Of a DNA stretch of 64,000 nt, positions 41,577-51,514 are shown one piece after another. The DNA is from Oceanospirillaceae bacterium (lineage in GTDB: Bacteria > Pseudomonadota > Gammaproteobacteria > Pseudomonadales > Balneatricaceae). Made by a program: the position numbers and the translations under genes. The stretch covers positions 19,439-83,438 of the forward strand of contig JAIBDW010000001.1 in the NCBI GenBank assembly GCA_024686035.1, written 5' to 3'. Numbering within the stretch: position 1 is the first letter of the stretch; each line of letters begins with the position of its first letter. The notes under the pieces are model-generated. The model ran no database searches and was not told the DNA's origin. It saw only the letters and a list, made by a program, of their open reading frames with translations.

Positions 41577-43388
41577 ATGAGTAAGCCTTTAAGTCCAGAT
41601 AAGACTCACAGCGCTGAGCCTCCCTTAGCGGCTTGGAAAGCTTATAAGCGTTTATTGAGTTATGTGTTTCAACACAGATTAGTGTTTGGTGTTAGCGTGT
41701 TGGGCTTTGTACTTTTTGCGCTGACCCAGCCTGCTTTTGCTAGCTTAATGGAATATATGGTGGATAGTGTAGAAAATAGTGATGCAGATGCGCGCATTAT
41801 TATACCCGTAGCAGTAGTGGCTATATTTTTTGTGCGTGGCACTGGTTTCTTTTTGGGCAACTATGGCATCACCTACGTGGCCAGACGTGTTGTGCATCAG
41901 ATGCGCTTGGACATTTTTGATCATCTGTTAGTACTGCCAGCTAAGTTCTATCATAGCCATTCATCGGCAACTTTATTGTCAAAGCTGACCTTTAACGTTG
42001 AGCAGGTGACGGGGGCTGCAACTGATGCGTTAAAAATATTTGTTCGAGAAGGGTTGACTATTGTTGGCTTGCTTAGCTACATAGTGTACCTAAATTGGCA
42101 GCTCTCATTGGTGTTTTTGACGGTGGGGCCATTTATCGGCTGGGTAGTGAATAAAGCATCTAAGCGTTTTAGAAACATTAGCGCTAATTTGCAAGACAGT
42201 ATGGGGCAAGTGACCGCCAGCGCTAGTGAAGCTATTAAAGGTTACGAAGTGATAAGAGTATTTGAAGGGCAAGACCACGAGCGCAAGACCTTTGGTGCAG
42301 CAAGTAATAACAACCGCCAACAGGCGATGAAATTAGCGCTGGCAGAGTCCACTTCTACACCATTGGTGCAAATGATTGTTGGACTAGCGATGGCTGGTTT
42401 AATTTATTTGGCCTTGCATCCTAGTATCATTGACACGATGAGTGCTGGGCAGTTTATTGCCTTCATTACCGCCTCTGGCATGCTCACTAAACCATTACGT
42501 TCGATGACTGAAATTAACAGTATTTTGCAACAAGGTATTGCGGCTTCACAGAGTATTTTTTCCTTGCTTGATGAGGCCCCAGAAACGGATCAGGGCACTA
42601 AGTCTATAGGTAAAGTTAAGGGGTTGATCCAATTTAATGACGTCAACTTCAGTTATGACAAGCAACCTTTATTAACCAAGGTCAACCTTGTCATACAACC
42701 TGGCCAAGTGGTGGCGCTGGTTGGGCGCTCAGGCAGTGGTAAGTCCACTTTAGTGAACTTATTATTGCGTTTCTATGAGCCACAGTCTGGTCAGATTCTG
42801 TTAGATGGTGATGATATCCAAGATCTTAGTCGAGCCGATTTACGTCGACAGGTGGCGTTAGTGAATCAACAAGTCGTGTTGTTTAATGGCACTATTGCAC
42901 AAAATATTGCCTATGGTGCGATGAAGGATGCGAGCAAAGAGCACATATCAGCAGCGGCCAAGGCTGCACGCATCACAGAATTCACAGATCAAATGAGCTT
43001 AGGGCTAGATACCATGATAGGCGAGTCTGGCATGCTACTATCTGGAGGCCAGCGCCAACGTATTGCTATTGCTAGAGCGTTATTAAAAGATGCGCCTTTG
43101 TTGGTGTTGGATGAAGCCACCTCGGCACTTGATACAGAATCTGAGAGGCATATACAAGCTGCCCTTGATGAGGTGATGGTAGGTCGAACCACTTTAGTTA
43201 TTGCACACCGTCTGTCTACCATAGAGCAAGCAGATGTGATTTTAGTGATGGATAAGGGGCAATTAGTGGAGCAAGGCAGTCATCAACAATTGATCCGTGA
43301 AGGTGGCATTTATGCTCGCCTGCATCAATTGCAGTTTAGGTCAACTCAACTAGCTAAAGACGACACAGGGTTAAGTAATGGCGAGTAA
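41577..43388 (+). CDS. msbA: Lipid A/LPS flippase ABC transporter
   Basis: ABC membrane domain, GRSGSGKST, LSGGQRQR and LDEATSALD; FNVEQVTGA segment typical of MsbA. Confidence 0.93.
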   Translation: MSKPLSPDKTHSAEPPLAAWKAYKRLLSYVFQHRLVFGVSVLGFVLFALTQPAFASLMEYMVDSVENSDADARIIIPVAVVAIFFVRGTGFFLGNYGITYVARRVVHQMRLDIFDHLLVLPAKFYHSHSSATLLSKLTFNVEQVTGAATDALKIFVREGLTIVGLLSYIVYLNWQLSLVFLTVGPFIGWVVNKASKRFRNISANLQDSMGQVTASASEAIKGYEVIRVFEGQDHERKTFGAASNNNRQQAMKLALAESTSTPLVQMIVGLAMAGLIYLALHPSIIDTMSAGQFIAFITASGMLTKPLRSMTEINSILQQGIAASQSIFSLLDEAPETDQGTKSIGKVKGLIQFNDVNFSYDKQPLLTKVNLVIQPGQVVALVGRSGSGKSTLVNLLLRFYEPQSGQILLDGDDIQDLSRADLRRQVALVNQQVVLFNGTIAQNIAYGAMKDASKEHISAAAKAARITEFTDQMSLGLDTMIGESGMLLSGGQRQRIAIARALLKDAPLLVLDEATSALDTESERHIQAALDEVMVGRTTLVIAHRLSTIEQADVILVMDKGQLVEQGSHQQLIREGGIYARLHQLQFRSTQLAKDDTGLSNGE

Positions 43389-43734
43389 ATTATTTGGCGC
43401 TCAGCACTTAGTTAAGGCATGTGATTATTCTTGGCGCGGTCTTATGTTTACATGGCGTAACGAAACTGCGTTTCAACAAGAAAGTCTGGTTTTTTTAGTG
43501 CTGTTTCCATTGGCTTTATGGTGGCCACAGACACGTTTAGAAAGTGCAATCTTGATCATGAGTTTGTTTGTTGTGCTGATTGCTGAGTTATTTAATACTG
43601 CGGTTGAAGCAGCAATAGATCGACATGGTGATGAGCAGCATTACTTCTCTGGCGTGGCTAAAGACGTGGCTTCAGCCGCAGTGCTTTTAGCTTTGGTGCA
43701 ATGTGCTTTGGTGTGGGTGTTAGTACTGCTCTAA
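43378..43734 (+). CDS. dgkA: Diacylglycerol kinase
   Basis: AFQQE, ELFNTAVEAAIDR and AKDVASAAV; three TM helices. Confidence 0.92.
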   Translation: MASKLFGAQHLVKACDYSWRGLMFTWRNETAFQQESLVFLVLFPLALWWPQTRLESAILIMSLFVVLIAELFNTAVEAAIDRHGDEQHYFSGVAKDVASAAVLLALVQCALVWVLVLL

Positions 43735-43743
43735 TGCACAGGT

Positions 43744-44796
43744 CTAGGGCAATTGCTTTAGCATAGTAGCTATCTGTTGGCGCACAGTCGCTAGGCTATA
43801 GTGATCTTTTGCAGTCATATAAGCCGCCTCACACAAAGTGTGTTGTTCTTGTGCCTCTAAATGGATGGCTGCAACTAAAGCATTGGCTAAACTATCAGCG
43901 TTAATGTCGCACAACAAACCATTGTCTTGGTGCTTAATAATGCCTTGTGGGCCTCCACAGCGGGTAGCCACTACAAGGCGTTTGCGTGCCATAGCTTCGA
44001 TGACCACCATGCCAAAGGTTTCGCTACGAGAAGGCAGGCAAATAATGTCTGCATCATCAATAAACTTATCGCGTTGCTGGTTGCTTATCCAGTCTAAGCG
44101 TTGCGTGATATCACTTAAGCCAAGTTGTTTAATCAAGCTGTTTATTTTTCTATTCCAGCGCCCTTTGCCCGCAATAACAAGCTTAAACTCAATATTGCGC
44201 TGGCGCAAAATAGCAGCAGCGTGTAACAGGATGTCTTGGCCTTTAGTGCGACGCATAATGCCCATACAAGCAATGACCGGGATAGATTGGAACGGCCTTG
44301 TTGTAGGCTCAGTGGCGCTTAGCTCCACTAAATTAGGAATAATTTCTAGTTTGCCTGAGTAGCCTTTTTTGCGGGCAAATTCAGCGACCACTGGAGAAAC
44401 GCAGACTAATAAATCGGCTGCATTTATGCCAGCGCCATTGTAACTGTGTAAAATAAGTATCAATTGACAATTGGCCGGCAAAGCGGCTCTAACAAGCTGT
44501 GCATCAATGGGTTTGTGAACGATGACTAGCTCCACATCTTGTTGAGCAAATAGCCGCCTAAGCTTTTTGATTGCAATGTGTTTTAATAGAGGTAGACGTG
44601 TGCGGGGATAATCCAGCAACACATAATCATGCTTGCGTTGCTTTAGTAAAGGTTCTAATTGTGCATTTGGACGGATGACGCAAGTGACTTGATGACCCAA
44701 TTGGCGTAAATTGTCACTGTAATGCAAAAAAGTCTGCTTAGGGCCGCCCAAGTCTTTACCAGATATAAGGTTGACGATTTTCATTGTTGGCGTCAC
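43744..44796 (-). CDS. GT4 family glycosyltransferase
   Basis: GT-B fold cues: GG at N-terminus, KGQDILL, E-x7-E motif SETFGMVVIEAMA, NGLL. Confidence 0.85.
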   Translation of the reverse strand: MTPTMKIVNLISGKDLGGPKQTFLHYSDNLRQLGHQVTCVIRPNAQLEPLLKQRKHDYVLLDYPRTRLPLLKHIAIKKLRRLFAQQDVELVIVHKPIDAQLVRAALPANCQLILILHSYNGAGINAADLLVCVSPVVAEFARKKGYSGKLEIIPNLVELSATEPTTRPFQSIPVIACMGIMRRTKGQDILLHAAAILRQRNIEFKLVIAGKGRWNRKINSLIKQLGLSDITQRLDWISNQQRDKFIDDADIICLPSRSETFGMVVIEAMARKRLVVATRCGGPQGIIKHQDNGLLCDINADSLANALVAAIHLEAQEQHTLCEAAYMTAKDHYSLATVRQQIATMLKQLP

Positions 44797-44847
44797 TAAT
44801 AATAAAAGTTAACATTAGTTTAACAAACAAAAGGTTATTTTGTACCC

Positions 44848-46143
44848 GTGGCACTCTTGGTTTATACCTATTTATGTTATTTAGCTTTACCTTTTGGCAT
44901 GATCTTGCACTTGCTATTCATATGGCGTCGCCCTGAGTTTCGTGCAGGCTTTTGGCAGCGTTATGGATGGCTACCAAAAGAACAACACCATCCTGTGTTA
45001 ATTCATGCCGCAAGTGTCGGTGAGCTTAATGCGATAGCACCGTTAATAAACGCGATCATTAGCGATCTCAAGCTGCCTGTTCTTGTAACCACTACCAGTG
45101 TTACTGGACAATCACGGTGCCAACAACTGTTCGCTACTAACGAGCGTGTTAGTTGGGCCTATTTGCCCCTTGATCTTGGTATATCAAACAAACTGATGTT
45201 ATGGCGTGTTAGACCGCGAGCCCTCTTGTTAGTCGAGACAGAGCTATGGCCCAATTTAGTTGCAAGCTGTGCCCGTAAAAATATTCCTACTATTTTAGTT
45301 AATGGGCGTTTATCACAACGATCTGCAAAAGCTTATGGGCGTTGGTCTTGGTTGGTGGCGCCAATGCTCCAAAACTTCACTGCATTGCTAGTGCAAGATC
45401 AAGCGACAGCGAAGCGGTTTTTAAGCTTAGGTGCACTACCAAATACAGTATCAGTCTTGGGTAGTTTAAAATATGATTTAGTCATACCTGACAATCATCT
45501 TGATGTGACAAGCCTGGTGTCTGGCGGCTTATGTGTTGTATGTGGGAGCACACGAAGTGGTGAAGAGGCAAGCCTCTTGCAGGCGTGGTCGCAGTTGCCA
45601 GAACACATTGAAGGCACTCTAGTGCTTGTGCCAAGGCATCCGCAGCGGTTCGAAGAGGTGGCAGACTTATGCCAACAATCAGGCTTACCCTGGTTAAGGT
45701 ATACCCAAATAAGTAAGCCAGATACGGCCAAAACTAAAAGCGTCATTGAGCCACAATCACACGCTCGTAGAATATTATTAGTAGATGCTATGGGTGTGCT
45801 GTTTGATTTTTATCACTGTGCAGATGTTGTTTTTGTCGGTGGAAGCTTAGCGGATAAAGGAGGGCACAATCCCTTAGAGCCTGCTGCTTTAGGTAAACCT
45901 GTGCTGATGGGGCCAAATTGCTTTAACTTCACTCAAGTGTGTGATCAGCTAGAGCAAGTGCAAGCGTTAAAAGTGACAACTAGCGCACACTTATTAAAAG
46001 ATCTCACTGAGCTATTAGTTGATCCTCTACTCAGAGAAGCTATGGGAGCAGCTGGTGCGCTGCTGGTAGATCAACAAAAAGGCGCCCTTGCACGAAACAT
46101 ACTATCGATAGAGAAAACGTTTGAGCAGGCTCTAAAAGAGTGA
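44848..46143 (+). CDS. waaA: 3-deoxy-D-manno-octulosonate transferase
   Basis: IHAASVGE, ETELWPN, NGRLS, GSLKYD, VPRHPQRF and GGHNPLEPA. Confidence 0.96.
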   Translation: MALLVYTYLCYLALPFGMILHLLFIWRRPEFRAGFWQRYGWLPKEQHHPVLIHAASVGELNAIAPLINAIISDLKLPVLVTTTSVTGQSRCQQLFATNERVSWAYLPLDLGISNKLMLWRVRPRALLLVETELWPNLVASCARKNIPTILVNGRLSQRSAKAYGRWSWLVAPMLQNFTALLVQDQATAKRFLSLGALPNTVSVLGSLKYDLVIPDNHLDVTSLVSGGLCVVCGSTRSGEEASLLQAWSQLPEHIEGTLVLVPRHPQRFEEVADLCQQSGLPWLRYTQISKPDTAKTKSVIEPQSHARRILLVDAMGVLFDFYHCADVVFVGGSLADKGGHNPLEPAALGKPVLMGPNCFNFTQVCDQLEQVQALKVTTSAHLLKDLTELLVDPLLREAMGAAGALLVDQQKGALARNILSIEKTFEQALKE

Positions 46144-47753
46144 TTATCCCTAGCTCATCAAAGCACTGGTTATGGTTTAGTAGCATTAGTTTTAGCCTCG
46201 TGTTGGTGCCGTTATTATTAGCCATGGTTTCATTCGCTGCGTATATTTCGCAGGCACAATGGTTAAGTTATATCTTTGATACATACACTTGGCGTGTGGT
46301 TTGGTTTTCTTGGTGGCAGGCCAGCTTGTCAACGCTAATTAGTGTGTCTTCAGCCGTGCTAGTCGCCCGTGCATTAGCGCGCAGGCAGTCTTTTCTAGGC
46401 CGCTGGCTATTGCTTAGGTGTTTTAGTGTGGCCTTAGTGGTGCCTACCATTATTGCTGTGTTTGGCATTATTTTATTGCATGGCAAATACGGTTATGTCA
46501 ATCAGGCGTGGTCTTGGTTTGGGGGCCAGCCCCAAAGCTATGTCTATGGCATCGTGGGGATTTTGTTAGCTCACGTTTTTTTCAATTTACCTTTAGCCAC
46601 CCGAATTTTATTACAAAGATTAGAAGCCATTAATGGGGAAACTTGGCGTTTATCAAGCCAGCTAGGTATGACCTCACAAGACTTATGGCGTCACATTGAG
46701 TGGCCACACATTAAAGGGGTAGTGCCTCAATTGGCCGCGCTAGTATTTGCCTTATGCTTCACTAGTTTTGCTATTGTGATGACCTTGGGTGGCGGGCCTA
46801 AAGCCACCACCATTGAAGTGGCTATTTTTCAGGCGATACGCTTTGACTTTGACATTGCCAAAGCGGTGTATTTAAGCCTGTTACAGATGGTTTTTTGTGG
46901 TGTTGTTTTATGGGCAGGCTTGAGGCTTGGGCGGCCTATTGATATTTTTGTAAGTAACCAAACATCAGCTAAAAATCTGCGTCCAGACCTAAAACCTGTT
47001 TGGGGTATGGTCAGTGATGCCTTGGTGCTAGCGTTGGCTACCGTATTGGTATTAATGCCCTTGTTAGCCGTCGTGATTGCTGGCATTAACACCGCTTGGT
47101 TTGAGGTGTTGTTTGACCAACGATTATGGAGCGCATTTAATAATTCCCTGTGGGTCGCGCTAAGCTCTGCTTCTTTGAGCCTATTGATGGCTTGTGGCTT
47201 ATTGCTGGCCCAGCGTCATTGGCGTGATCATCACAGTTCTCTAGCTTTAACAGTAGAGTGGATGGGCTCGGTGATTTTGGTTGTGCCCCCTTTGGTATTA
47301 GCCACGGGACTATTCATCGGCTTAAACCAACATGTCAACGTGTTTGCTATTAACCTTTATATTGTTGTATTGGTCAATGCACTCATGGGGCTGCCTTATA
47401 TGTTGCGTGTTTTGTCTGTCGCCTATTTGAAAATTGATAGGGACTATGGGCGCCTATGCAGCAGCTTGGGCGTGCAAGGTTGGCATCGATTGCGACAAGT
47501 TGAGTGGCCTATATTACGCAAACCGATCAGTTTGGCGCTGGCTTTAGTAGCAGCGATGTCAGCGGGCGACTTAGGGGTGGTTGCTTTGTTTGGTAGCCCA
47601 GACATACAAACCTTGCCATTACTTATGTATCAGCGATTGGGCAGTTACCAAAGTGATGCAGCAGGCGTCACTGCTTTGGTTCTATTGGGATTATGTCTGA
47701 CTATTTTTGTGGTTTTAGAGCGTCTAATAGGAGGCAAGGGTGATCAACCTTAA
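46140..47753 (+). CDS. thiP: Thiamine ABC transporter permease
   Basis: Duplicated permease; WQASLST, AHVFFNLPLA, FTSFAIV..LGGGP..TTIEVAIFQ, GDLGVVALFG and TLPLLMYQRLGSY. Confidence 0.88.
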   Translation: MIIPSSSKHWLWFSSISFSLVLVPLLLAMVSFAAYISQAQWLSYIFDTYTWRVVWFSWWQASLSTLISVSSAVLVARALARRQSFLGRWLLLRCFSVALVVPTIIAVFGIILLHGKYGYVNQAWSWFGGQPQSYVYGIVGILLAHVFFNLPLATRILLQRLEAINGETWRLSSQLGMTSQDLWRHIEWPHIKGVVPQLAALVFALCFTSFAIVMTLGGGPKATTIEVAIFQAIRFDFDIAKAVYLSLLQMVFCGVVLWAGLRLGRPIDIFVSNQTSAKNLRPDLKPVWGMVSDALVLALATVLVLMPLLAVVIAGINTAWFEVLFDQRLWSAFNNSLWVALSSASLSLLMACGLLLAQRHWRDHHSSLALTVEWMGSVILVVPPLVLATGLFIGLNQHVNVFAINLYIVVLVNALMGLPYMLRVLSVAYLKIDRDYGRLCSSLGVQGWHRLRQVEWPILRKPISLALALVAAMSAGDLGVVALFGSPDIQTLPLLMYQRLGSYQSDAAGVTALVLLGLCLTIFVVLERLIGGKGDQP

Positions 47754-48447
47754 ACAAGTAAGTTGCCGTTTAGGTGAGCAGCAATTTCTTTATAATTTGC
47801 AAATCCCTCAAGGCCAAGTTGTGGCCATTATGGGGGCAAGTGGCTCTGGTAAGTCAACCTTACTTAATTTGCTTGCAGGATTTATAAGCACTGACAAAAA
47901 CACAGCCAGAATTACTATTGGGGCTCAACGCATCGATTTGCTTGAGCCTGCAAAAAGGCCTGTGACTAGCTTGTTCCAAGAGCATAATCTGTTTGCCCAT
48001 ATGTCAGCCTTCAACAATCTAGCGTTAGGTATACGAAGCAGTCTTAAATTAACTGACCTTGAAAAACAGCAAGTCGATGAGGCGTTAGAGCAGGTAGGTC
48101 TTAAGGGTTTGGGGTCTCGCTTTCCAAAAGAGCTGTCTGGAGGCCAAAGACAAAGAGTGGCATTAGGGCGTGCGTTGGTTCGTCGCAAACCGGTGCTCTT
48201 GTTAGATGAGCCTTTTAGTGCATTAGATCCAGCGCTCAGACAAGAAATGTCAGCCTTAGTTAAGCGCTTGGCCACGCAGCACCAGCTGACTGTATTACTG
48301 GTAACTCATGAGCCTAAAGACGCTCTAGAGTTAGCCAATAGTGTCGTCTTTGTTGAAGCAGGCAGGGCCCACTGGAGCGGTTCTAGTAGCGAGTTTTTGC
48401 AACAAAATGATCGGCATATTAAAGCCTATTTAGGCCAAAGCTGCTAA
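47740..48447 (+). CDS. thiQ: Thiamine ABC transporter ATP-binding protein
   Basis: GASGSGKSTLLNLLAGF, RPVTSLFQEHNLFAH, LSGGQRQR and LLDEPFSALDPALRQEM; follows thiP; GGAGG SD. Confidence 0.9.
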   Translation: MINLKQVSCRLGEQQFLYNLQIPQGQVVAIMGASGSGKSTLLNLLAGFISTDKNTARITIGAQRIDLLEPAKRPVTSLFQEHNLFAHMSAFNNLALGIRSSLKLTDLEKQQVDEALEQVGLKGLGSRFPKELSGGQRQRVALGRALVRRKPVLLLDEPFSALDPALRQEMSALVKRLATQHQLTVLLVTHEPKDALELANSVVFVEAGRAHWSGSSSEFLQQNDRHIKAYLGQSC

Positions 48448-48480
48448 CCTTACACCATTGCTATGGGATGAGATAATACG

Positions 48481-49977
48481 ATGCATAATGACGATAAATC
48501 ATGGGCCAACCAACAAAGTGTAGGCCAATTCCCACAGGTGCCTGAAACCTTAGAGCATGATAACCATGTGCTTATTATTGGTGCAGGTATTTCTGGTTTA
48601 GCAAGCGCGTGGTTTTTGCAGCGACAAGGCTTTGTTGTGACGGTGTTGGAAGCAGGTAACCAAGTAGGTGGTAACTTACAAAGCGTACAAAAGCATGGTT
48701 GCCAATGGGAGCGGGGCCCTAATTCCTTCATCAATAACCGAGAAGCGATGGCGCAGCTTATTGATCAATTGGGTTTAAAGCCTCACATTACCTTGGCAAA
48801 CAAAGCGGCTCATAAGCGTTATATTGGAAAAAAAGGCGTCATGCTAGCTTTACCGTCAAGCATGAAAGAAGCCCTCACCACGGGTGTGCTGAGTATTTTT
48901 GGGAAATTGAGAGTATTGCTTGAGCCGTTTATCGGCAGGGCCACATCTGAAGAGAGTATCGCTGCACACGTGAGACGCAGGCTAGGGCATGAAATGCTAG
49001 ATTGGTTGATTGACCCATTTATTTCAGGCGTATTTGCAGGTGATCCAGAAAAGCTTTCAATACGCGCAGCAGTGCCTAAGGTCTATGCGTTGGAAGCTGA
49101 GTATGGGTCTATGATTATGGGTGGTGTGGCGAAAATGAAAGCTAAGTCGGCCCAGAAAAAACGTGAACTAGCGCAAGGAACGACATCCCTGGATGGTGCG
49201 ATGATGAGCTTTGCCGGTGGCTTACATCAGCTGCCTGCCACTTTGGCGCATAAACTAGGCCCTGCTATCTCACTCAACACACAAGTAGATAATATTACCT
49301 ATAGTGCAGAGTTTGGCTATCAAGCGATGTCAGGTGACCAAATCTGGCAAGCCTCTCAGGTGGTTTTAGCGGTGCCTGCAGCTCAGGTGGCTAGACTGAT
49401 AGATGATTTAATACCCGCAGATGAAGCGTTATTCATGCAAGCCAAGCTGTGCTTGCAAGGCATTGATTACCCCGCTGTAGCAAGTATTACTATGGCCTTT
49501 AACAAACACCAAATTGAGCATGCTTTAGATGGTTTTGGTTGTTTATTACCGACTAAGGAAGGTAAGCAAACGTTAGGGGTGTTGTTCCCATCGAGTATAT
49601 TCTCTCAAAGGTGCCCAAGTGACCAGCACCTTATTACTGTATTTATAGGTGGTGGTCGCGGGCAACACGCCATGACCCTCACACCGCAACAAAGAGCAGA
49701 TCTGGTGATGCTGGAGTTATCACCTTATCTAGGTATAAAAGGACAGCCTTTATGGCATGAAGAAAGCCTATGGCCCAAAGCGATTCCGCAGTATCAATTG
49801 GGCCACCTAGCTAATGTTGCTTTAGTCGATGAGGCATTGGCACAATTTCCTGGATTGCATCTGCGCAGTAACTGGCGTGATGGTGTGGCGCTGGGTGATT
49901 GCGTTGAAAATGCCCTGCAGTTAGCCAATATGATGGGCAGCAATTCAACTATAGCCAGTGTTAGTGCGTCCACGTAA
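48481..49977 (+). CDS. hemY: Protoporphyrinogen oxidase, HemY type (flavin amine-oxidase fold)
   Basis: GAGISGL, ERGPNSF, IDPFISGVFAGDP..LS, GFGCL, WPKAIPQYQLGH and GVALGDCV. Confidence 0.85.
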   Translation: MHNDDKSWANQQSVGQFPQVPETLEHDNHVLIIGAGISGLASAWFLQRQGFVVTVLEAGNQVGGNLQSVQKHGCQWERGPNSFINNREAMAQLIDQLGLKPHITLANKAAHKRYIGKKGVMLALPSSMKEALTTGVLSIFGKLRVLLEPFIGRATSEESIAAHVRRRLGHEMLDWLIDPFISGVFAGDPEKLSIRAAVPKVYALEAEYGSMIMGGVAKMKAKSAQKKRELAQGTTSLDGAMMSFAGGLHQLPATLAHKLGPAISLNTQVDNITYSAEFGYQAMSGDQIWQASQVVLAVPAAQVARLIDDLIPADEALFMQAKLCLQGIDYPAVASITMAFNKHQIEHALDGFGCLLPTKEGKQTLGVLFPSSIFSQRCPSDQHLITVFIGGGRGQHAMTLTPQQRADLVMLELSPYLGIKGQPLWHEESLWPKAIPQYQLGHLANVALVDEALAQFPGLHLRSNWRDGVALGDCVENALQLANMMGSNSTIASVSAST

Positions 49978-50029
49978 TCTAAATCACAATAGAGCCAGTC
50001 TATAAGCATAAACAACAGGATAAATACGC

Positions 50030-50659
50030 ATGATGTATAAGCCCGTGCTGAACCAATCAGATGTACGTATAGCCGATCAAAAAACGGTGTATCAAGGTTT
50101 TTATCAAGTACAAAAGCTCAAGCTTCAGCATCGTTTATTCCAAGGTGGCTGGAGTAAACTGCTGCATCGAGAATTAGTGGTTCGCTTGCCTGCTGTGGCG
50201 GTACTTATGTACGATGTCATCACCGATCAAGTGGTATTAATTGAACAGTTTCGAGTGGGTGCTATGGCCCATGAAGAAGGCCCATGGCAGCTAGAAATGG
50301 TGGCAGGCATGATCGATACATTAGAAACACCTACACAGGTGGCCATTAGAGAGTGTAAAGAAGAATCAGGTGCCATTATTGATGAAACTAACTTAGAGTT
50401 GGTGTGTCAGTATTTAGTCTCCTCAGGAGGCAGTAATGAAACCTTAGCGATCTATTGTGCGCCAGTGGATGCGAGTCAATTAGGGGGAGTGCACGGTTTG
50501 CCTACAGAAGGTGAAGATATCCAAGTGTGTGTTATCGACCGTCAAGCTTTAGGTCAGATGTTAGAGCAAGGTAAACTGACCAATGCGGCTACTATTATCG
50601 CTGCTCAGTGGCTCCAGCAACATTACCCAAGGCTGCAAGCTCAGTGGGGTAGCATATGA
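50030..50659 (+). CDS. nudF: ADP-ribose pyrophosphatase (Nudix)
   Basis: LIEQFRVG, LEMVAGMID, RECKEESG, GGSNE and EGEDI; upstream of cpdA as in E. coli. Confidence 0.88.
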   Translation: MMYKPVLNQSDVRIADQKTVYQGFYQVQKLKLQHRLFQGGWSKLLHRELVVRLPAVAVLMYDVITDQVVLIEQFRVGAMAHEEGPWQLEMVAGMIDTLETPTQVAIRECKEESGAIIDETNLELVCQYLVSSGGSNETLAIYCAPVDASQLGGVHGLPTEGEDIQVCVIDRQALGQMLEQGKLTNAATIIAAQWLQQHYPRLQAQWGSI

Positions 50660-51432
50660 CGTTACAAATTGCACAAATCACCGATTGTCACTTACAAGAA
50701 AACCCTAACACTGCTTACAAGGGTATTGATGCGGATAAGCATGTTGATCAGTGTTTGATATGGTTGCAAAATCATGGGCCAGTTGATTTGTTGATTTTGA
50801 CGGGTGATCTGAGTAACTTTGGTAGCCAAGCTGCTTATGTTCGTTTGGCAAGTAAGCTCAAAAACTTACCTTATCCATGTATTTGGTTGCCAGGTAATCA
50901 TGACAATACATTGATTATGGCGCAGGTCTCTGGTCAGGCTGTTGGACAAGTGCGTGTGTTAGATTATGACCATTGGCGCTTAGTGATGTTAAACACCACC
51001 GAGCTTGCAGATGGTTGTGGTGGGGGCAGTGTGTCCTCAGCACAGATGGAAGAGCTGGAGCAGGTGTTAAGTTTTGACTCACAAACCCCAGTATCTGTGT
51101 TTATGCATCACAATGCAGTGCCTGTTAACTCCTTATGGCAAGACAATATTATGCTAGGTAACTGGCAGCAATTTAATGCTTTGATTGCAGCCCATACTAA
51201 TGTAAAGGTGGTGGTGTGTGGCCATGTACATCAAGAATTTGACAAATTAATTGGCCACGCACGATTTCTTGCGACGCCCTCAAGTGCCGTGCAGTTTAGC
51301 CGTGAGCAAGAAGAGAATAAGGTACAAGAAGAATTGGGCCCAGGCTTAAGGCTGCTTACTCTATTAGATAATGGCCAAATAAAGACCAGTGTACAAAGAT
51401 TGCCCAAGCATAAAACATCTCAGTTATTATAA
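50656..51432 (+). CDS. cpdA: 3',5'-cyclic-AMP phosphodiesterase (class III)
   Basis: Metallophosphoesterase ligands DCH, GDL, GNHD, MHH and GHVH all present; nudF-cpdA-parE synteny. Confidence 0.85.
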   Translation: MTLQIAQITDCHLQENPNTAYKGIDADKHVDQCLIWLQNHGPVDLLILTGDLSNFGSQAAYVRLASKLKNLPYPCIWLPGNHDNTLIMAQVSGQAVGQVRVLDYDHWRLVMLNTTELADGCGGGSVSSAQMEELEQVLSFDSQTPVSVFMHHNAVPVNSLWQDNIMLGNWQQFNALIAAHTNVKVVVCGHVHQEFDKLIGHARFLATPSSAVQFSREQEENKVQEELGPGLRLLTLLDNGQIKTSVQRLPKHKTSQLL

Positions 51433-51514
51433 AATACTGCTACTATTGCAGACTGGCGACCAGATGTTAGATTGTCGCTACCCTTAATATGACTCTTATT
51501 GGCGAAATAACTCC

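Noticed and set aside
46080-46200. TPP riboswitch ahead of thiP
   Set aside because: No intergenic space, and no CTGAGA...ACCTG...GCGNAGG pattern was seen.
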